Assembly: GCA_963662795.1 (NCBI GenBank)
Contig: OY759746.1
Coordinates: 1,408,001-1,472,000 of the forward strand
From: Spirochaetia bacterium
Lineage (GTDB): Bacteria; Spirochaetota; Spirochaetia; CADAEX01
Direction: 5' to 3'
DNA length: 64,000 nt
Shown: positions 58,855-64,000 of the stretch, one piece after another
Layout of the letters: each line of letters begins with the position of its first letter
Position numbering within the stretch: position 1 is the first letter of the stretch
Position numbers and translations under genes: made by a program
Notes under the pieces: model-generated
Database searches by the model: none
What the model saw: the letters and a program-made list of their open reading frames with translations, nothing else
What the model was told of the DNA's origin: nothing

Positions 58855-59994
58855 TTGAATATCGTAGTTGAGAATATTGTAAAAAATTCTTTAGGCAGAG
58901 GTATGATACAATTTGGATTTATTATTCTTAAAATAGTAAAAAATTTATCTATATATAATTTTGCCTATTACTTTTACCCAATTAATCCTCCTGAAAAGCC
59001 AGGCTATGTGACATCTGCCGGCAGAAAAGGAATCTCAGGATTTGCTATTGGAAGTGAAAAGGATGTCCCTTCAAAGATCGAACTTCTGGTTGACGGCAAC
59101 GTGATAAATACAACTTACGCTGCGCAGAAAATATATTCCCCTTCAAAATATTACGGTGAATTTACAGGATTTTATTTTCCGATGAAACATCTATGGAATT
59201 TAATTGATAAAAAACAAAAAATTGAAGTTTTAGCAGAAGGAAAACCTCTCAGATTCCGTGCCGGTAAAAATGGGGAAGCCGTGATTCCAAATTTGGGTAA
59301 ATTGGGAACGAATGAAAAAAAATCTGAAAAAAATATTATTGATTATATATCAGAAGGTAATTTGATTAATAAATTTGGACGATTACAGCCGCCAAGAAAT
59401 AAAAATATTGAATGGACTACAAAAGTATTATCATCTTTTATTTATGTTAATCAGTTGTTTGAGAAATATTTTAAAAAGCAGCTTTTCGTTTTTTACGGGG
59501 GGCTTCTCGGCTTTGCAAGAGAAGGTGGTATAATCTCTCATGACTGTGATATGGACCTTGCGTATTTCAGCGAGGAAACCGATGCTGACAAGGTCCGGGA
59601 TGAGTTTTATAGGATAGCGGAAAAACTGATAAGGGAGTGCAGTGATCTTGTTATTTCTGTGTCTAAAATTAATTTTACAAAAATGAAAGTAAGTATTACC
59701 CCTGCCTGGATAACCCCGGATGGTGATTTTGCATGCACCTTTGCCTATGTAGGCGATAAATTTAAAGTAACAAGGGAAGATATCCTGCCGCTTAAAAAGA
59801 CAGAGTATGAAGGTTATGAGTTAAACCTTCCCGCCAATCCTGTGAATGTTGTAAAATACCTTTACGGCAGAGGCTGGAAGTATCCTGACCCGGGGTGGAA
59901 ATGGCTGATTGAGTATAAGCTGCGACCGGCAATATTTAAAGCAAGACTTACAAGTTCTCAGGTTAAAAAATTAAACAAAATTATTTCTCAATAA
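58855..59994 (+). CDS. LicD-family protein with extra N-terminal domain
   Basis: YGGLLGFAREGGIISHDCDMDLAY, LYG.GWKYPD. Confidence 0.75.
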   Translation: MNIVVENIVKNSLGRGMIQFGFIILKIVKNLSIYNFAYYFYPINPPEKPGYVTSAGRKGISGFAIGSEKDVPSKIELLVDGNVINTTYAAQKIYSPSKYYGEFTGFYFPMKHLWNLIDKKQKIEVLAEGKPLRFRAGKNGEAVIPNLGKLGTNEKKSEKNIIDYISEGNLINKFGRLQPPRNKNIEWTTKVLSSFIYVNQLFEKYFKKQLFVFYGGLLGFAREGGIISHDCDMDLAYFSEETDADKVRDEFYRIAEKLIRECSDLVISVSKINFTKMKVSITPAWITPDGDFACTFAYVGDKFKVTREDILPLKKTEYEGYELNLPANPVNVVKYLYGRGWKYPDPGWKWLIEYKLRPAIFKARLTSSQVKKLNKIISQ

Positions 59995-60048
59995 AATTTT
60001 ATTAAAAAGACTTCAAAATAATAAACCAAATTATAAAAGGAGTTTCAT

Positions 60049-61611
60049 ATTAAAAAAATAACCATATTGTTCTTTGCCTTTTTATGGACAATTCCGCTGT
60101 ATGCCCAATATTTCAACCTGGAAAAAGAAACAGAATATCTGCAAAAAGCATATTTACAGAACTCAGTTGTTTTTCCGACAACATCATATCCGGTCTCAAG
60201 ACGGCACCTGATTATCATAGCCGAAAATCTGGAAGGTATGCTTTCAGATCCGGTAGAGAAGGCAGAGGTGCAGGATGTTATCCTGAAGCTAAAAACTAAA
60301 GGCAATATCGGTGTCAAAGTAAAATCAACATTTGTTTATAATCATCAAAGTGAAAACCTTTGGGATGATTATTATGAGAATTTTTTCGGTATACCCCCCC
60401 TTTTTGAAATTTATGCTGTAATAAGCAGCGACAGGGTTGCCCTTGAGGCAGGTGAAACCTGGCGGCGGCAGTTTGAGTCCTTTCCTGAAACAAATCTGCC
60501 TGAAACCAGGGAAGGCGATTTTATTGCTATGGAAAACCAGTTCCTGTCGCTCGGTCTTTTTTCCTATCAGTTTGAGGAAATGGAATTCCTTCTCGGGAGA
60601 ACCCCTGTCCATTTCGGGGACCCATCGTTTAATTCTCTTTTGCCTTCTGACCGCCTTCCCTTTATGGATATTGCAGGCCTGAAAATACCTGTAGGCCCGT
60701 TTGAGCTTGTCGGGCAGATCGCGACACTCGAGAACCGGAAAGCAAAGGAAGACCAATACGATTCCGGAGGGGAGTTCGAATTCGGCAGCAATACGATAAT
60801 GACCGCTTTGCATAAATTTGAATACTCAAGTACCTGGATAAGGGTTTCCGTTACAGGTTTTTCAATTATATCAAGGCCTGATAACGGGTTTATGCTCGGC
60901 GATGTATTTCCTGTTTTTTCCTGGCACACAGCTGATGTCGGATGGCATAATCTTTCTCTTATCGGTGATTTTTCCGTATCTCCCTTCAGGGGCTTAAATA
61001 TGTTTTTTCAGACAGGATTTGACGATATTAACGCGAGCGATGTATTCGGGATAAATGATTCTGAAATCCCAACTATACAGGCCGCCATTATCGGTCTGTC
61101 TTATATTAAAGATATTAATGATAAGCGTCAGATCGGGATTGATTTTGAACTTGGAAAAACCCATTATCTCTGGGGCAATTTTTATGACGGAGTTACCTCT
61201 GATCCTGATGAGGGTGACCATTATTTTGAAAAAGCGGTTTACAGGGTTTTTATGGATAAGGAGAACAGAATTCTTCCCCTTACTTCCCCGTACGGGCCGG
61301 GGGCTTTCTGGAATGAAATATCTGTCAGCCTGAAAGGAAATACCTTCTTCCACTACAGCTTAAAATATTTTCATCTTACCAAAAACACTCTTGCGGACCT
61401 AATCAAAACACCATTCAAAGCTGATACAGATATTGAGGAAGGGCCGCGGGATGTTATCAGAAACATCAGCATTATGGCTGAATATATTCCCTCTGATAAT
61501 CTTACGCTTTTTGCTGAACCGGGGCTGCTTCTTTACAATGATGATCTGTCCTTTGATTTTATGATCGGGGGAACAATAACCTTTTCAAAATTCGGCAATT
61601 ATAATAAGTAG
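60049..61611 (+). CDS. Exported protein, probable Wzi-like (capsule assembly) outer-membrane protein
   Basis: Signal peptide (I/M)KKITILFFAFLWTIPLYA-Q, GR..VHFG...L.PSD..P, beta-rich sequence. Probable ATT start at 60049; ORF track start is 60067. Confidence 0.55.
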   Translation: MKKITILFFAFLWTIPLYAQYFNLEKETEYLQKAYLQNSVVFPTTSYPVSRRHLIIIAENLEGMLSDPVEKAEVQDVILKLKTKGNIGVKVKSTFVYNHQSENLWDDYYENFFGIPPLFEIYAVISSDRVALEAGETWRRQFESFPETNLPETREGDFIAMENQFLSLGLFSYQFEEMEFLLGRTPVHFGDPSFNSLLPSDRLPFMDIAGLKIPVGPFELVGQIATLENRKAKEDQYDSGGEFEFGSNTIMTALHKFEYSSTWIRVSVTGFSIISRPDNGFMLGDVFPVFSWHTADVGWHNLSLIGDFSVSPFRGLNMFFQTGFDDINASDVFGINDSEIPTIQAAIIGLSYIKDINDKRQIGIDFELGKTHYLWGNFYDGVTSDPDEGDHYFEKAVYRVFMDKENRILPLTSPYGPGAFWNEISVSLKGNTFFHYSLKYFHLTKNTLADLIKTPFKADTDIEEGPRDVIRNISIMAEYIPSDNLTLFAEPGLLLYNDDLSFDFMIGGTITFSKFGNYNK

Positions 61612-61648
61612 TATTTTCAATACCGGCCTTAATTAAGGAGAATTATCA

Positions 61649-62971
61649 ATGGCAGAGAATAAAAAAACCGTTTATGTCGGCATGAGCGCAGACCTTATTC
61701 ACCCAGGCCACCTCAATATATTAAAGCACGCCAGGGAGCTTGGTTCAGTGACGGTAGGCCTGCTTACAGACAAGGCCATCGCGAGCTATAAAAGGCTTCC
61801 CTACATGACCTTTGAGCAGAGAAAGCAGGTTATAGAAAATATAAAAGGGGTGGATTCTGTAGTGGCACAGGATACACTTGATTATGTCCCGAACCTTAAG
61901 CAGTATAAACCGGACTTTGTTGTCCACGGCGATGACTGGAGGGAGGGGGTCCAGAGGAAGACACGCCAGAGCGTTATTGATGCCTTATCACAGTGGGGTG
62001 GCGAGCTTGTTGAAGTTTCATACACTCCCGATATTTCATCGACAAGGCTCAATGACGGGCTTAAAAAAATGGGTACAACTCCGCAGAGAAGGCTCGGGAT
62101 GCTGCGCCGCCTGATAAACGCCAAACCTGTAGTTACATTCATGGAAGCGCACAGCGGCCTGAGCGGGCTGATAATCGAGAACATCAGTGAAAACGATGGA
62201 AAAGGTGTAAAAAAGGTTTTTGACGGAATCTGGCTTTCAAGCTTTACGAATTCCGCAAGCCGCGGAAAACCTGATATAGAAGCTGTCGATGTAACAGCGA
62301 GGATACAGACTTTAAATGAGATAATCGAGGTTACTACAAAACCTGTTATCTATGACGCGGGAAGCGGCGGCAGGGGAGAGCATTTCGGCTTTACCGTGAG
62401 GACCCTTGAGCGCTTCGGTGTTTCCGCCGCGGTAATTGAGGATAAGGCATCTTTTTCACGGAATGAGGGAAATCCTGAGAACGCGAACGCCGCAGGCGCC
62501 CTGGTTGATATAAATGAATTCTGCCGGAAAATTGAGGCCGGAAAAAAGTCCAGGGTAACGGATGATTTTATGGTAATTGCCAAGCTTGAAAGCCTTGTTT
62601 CCGGCATGGGAACAGGTGAGGCGATGAAAAGGGCCTCCGCGTATCTCGAGGCAGGGGCTGACGGGATACTTATTCACAGCCGCGGCAGTGACGGACGTGA
62701 CATACATGAGTTCTGCAGTAAATTCAGGGGTAAGGGACTTAAGGCCCCTCTTGCTGCAATGCCTACTTCCTATAACAGCGTTTATGAATCGGAACTGCAC
62801 GAAATGGGCATAAATATAATAATCCACGCCAATCATCTGATCAGGAGCGCATACCCCGCGATGACAAAAGCCGCGAAAATGGTTTTAAAATACGGGCGTT
62901 CATTCGAGTCGGATCAAATGACGGTACCGGTGGAGGAAATTTTATCTGTCATACCTGAAGGGGACTGGTAA
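61649..62971 (+). CDS. Cytidylyltransferase-PEP mutase (AepX-type) fusion with degenerate mutase motifs
   Basis: N-terminal [21 protein letters not shown]; C-terminal [40 protein letters not shown]. Confidence 0.9.
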   Translation: MAENKKTVYVGMSADLIHPGHLNILKHARELGSVTVGLLTDKAIASYKRLPYMTFEQRKQVIENIKGVDSVVAQDTLDYVPNLKQYKPDFVVHGDDWREGVQRKTRQSVIDALSQWGGELVEVSYTPDISSTRLNDGLKKMGTTPQRRLGMLRRLINAKPVVTFMEAHSGLSGLIIENISENDGKGVKKVFDGIWLSSFTNSASRGKPDIEAVDVTARIQTLNEIIEVTTKPVIYDAGSGGRGEHFGFTVRTLERFGVSAAVIEDKASFSRNEGNPENANAAGALVDINEFCRKIEAGKKSRVTDDFMVIAKLESLVSGMGTGEAMKRASAYLEAGADGILIHSRGSDGRDIHEFCSKFRGKGLKAPLAAMPTSYNSVYESELHEMGINIIIHANHLIRSAYPAMTKAAKMVLKYGRSFESDQMTVPVEEILSVIPEGDW

Positions 62972-63038
62972 GAGACTGTCTTTATTGTGCTTCAAAGTAT
63001 TTGATGTCCTGTGATAAAAAATGATATAAGTTTAAATT

Positions 63039-64000
63039 ATGCTGATATTAAAAATAGCGCTCAGAAATCTTAAACGGCATACCCGGAAAACTCTGCTTAT
63101 AGGTGTTCTGATTACACTCGGGATGGCTTTTCTCTTTACCTCGAACGCGGTTTTTGAAAGCACCAACAGGGGGCTTAAAAGCTCATTTATCAGGAGCCTG
63201 ACCGGGGATGCTGTTATAAGCGCGCAGTCTGACGTCCCGTACGGCCTTTTCGGAGTTGAAATCCCGATAATAAGCTCATACGAGAATATACCGGCCCTTG
63301 CAGGATATGCTGAAATAAATGAGAGGCTTAAGGAAATCCCTGAAATCGCTGAAGGGAAATGGAGATGGACTCCCCTGGTTTCAGCTGCAGCCAGCCTTGA
63401 AATTGACAGTTTTCAGCTTGCAGTTCCGTTATTCGGTGTAGACCCTGAAAGCTATTTCAGCGTCTGTTCAGACATTAAAATCGAAAAAGGATCTCCCGGC
63501 TCACTTTCCGACGGCGGCATCTTTCTCAACACCCGGCTCGCTGAAAATATTGAGGCGGAACTCGGGCGGGCACTTGTTATTGGTGAACCTGTAACTCTCA
63601 GCATGTATTCGGATGGAAGTTTCCACATCAGAAAAGGGATTTTTTCAGGCATACACAGTTATATCAGCTATACAGAACCCCTTGGCCGCATTGTCCTTGC
63701 CGATGCCTCGATTGTAAGGGGCCTTGCCAATTACACTTCAGGGTATATAAGCGGAAAACAGGATGATGAAATCATTTCTGATGCAGGTTCCTTTGATATG
63801 GATGATCTTTTCTCGGAGTCTTTAGATACTGTATCAGCAGGCGATGAGGGAATAACCCCTGATGAGCTTGAAGAGATACTTTCCGATACAGGGCAGAGAA
63901 CAGCGCTTGTTGAGACAGATGCTGCGGCATGGAGTTTTATCCTGCTGAGCGCAGACAACGGCAGCCAGGGCCGTCTTTTGAGGGTAATTGAAAAGGAAGC
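63039..64000 (+). CDS. FtsX/LolE-like ABC permease, 5' part (runs off the window; absent from the ORF track)
   Basis: Manual translation MLILKIALRNLKRHTRKTLLIGVLITLGMAFLF...SLTGDAVIS; no stop seen in this frame. Confidence 0.8.
   Translation, partial: MLILKIALRNLKRHTRKTLLIGVLITLGMAFLFTSNAVFESTNRGLKSSFIRSLTGDAVISAQSDVPYGLFGVEIPIISSYENIPALAGYAEINERLKEIPEIAEGKWRWTPLVSAAASLEIDSFQLAVPLFGVDPESYFSVCSDIKIEKGSPGSLSDGGIFLNTRLAENIEAELGRALVIGEPVTLSMYSDGSFHIRKGIFSGIHSYISYTEPLGRIVLADASIVRGLANYTSGYISGKQDDEIISDAGSFDMDDLFSESLDTVSAGDEGITPDELEEILSDTGQRTALVETDAAAWSFILLSADNGSQGRLLRVIEKE

Noticed and set aside
61649-62971. Calling the locus a bona fide phosphonate biosynthetic cluster
   Set aside because: The EDKxxxxxNS signature and other catalytic residues are altered, and no decarboxylase or transaminase is present; reported instead as a degenerate PepM.

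Overview
Chromosomal origin region of a spirochaete (Spirochaetota), inferred from the gene order and the L34 sequence. The window opens with the probable last codons of dnaA and a 240-bp oriC candidate. Next come dnaN-recF-dciA-rpmH-rnpA-yidD-yidC-jag, a reverse-strand WecA/TagO-type initiating transferase, and a SAM-cycle group (ahcY, metK, PfkB/adenosine-kinase-like). A small accessory patch follows: a duplicated coiled-coil protein pair and a tripartite HipBST-like toxin-antitoxin with paired operators. From 14.4 to 63.0 kb is one co-directional, ~48-kb surface-glycan locus headed by an EPS-type MarR regulator. It encodes two export systems (PglK/MsbA-like ABC and Wzm/Wzt), GDP-fucose, putative C-methyl-sugar and putative UDP-L-QuiNAc pathways, about 15 glycosyltransferases and five methyltransferases. 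Its phosphodiester-decoration arm has TagD, 2 TagB/F-like and 3 LicD-like proteins, plus a sulfatase-fold protein, a GT-C and a Wzi-like protein. Two signals stand out. (1) A closely linked trio: sulfatase/LtaS-fold membrane protein, a minimal second YidC/Oxa1 paralog lacking the groove Arg/Lys, and a CDP-glycerol-transferase-like protein with a signal-peptide/YLDPGSGS/TM leader. (2) A cytidylyltransferase-PEP-mutase fusion whose mutase catalytic motifs are degenerate, with no phosphonopyruvate decarboxylase nearby. All family calls come from motif recognition by eye; no database searches were run.
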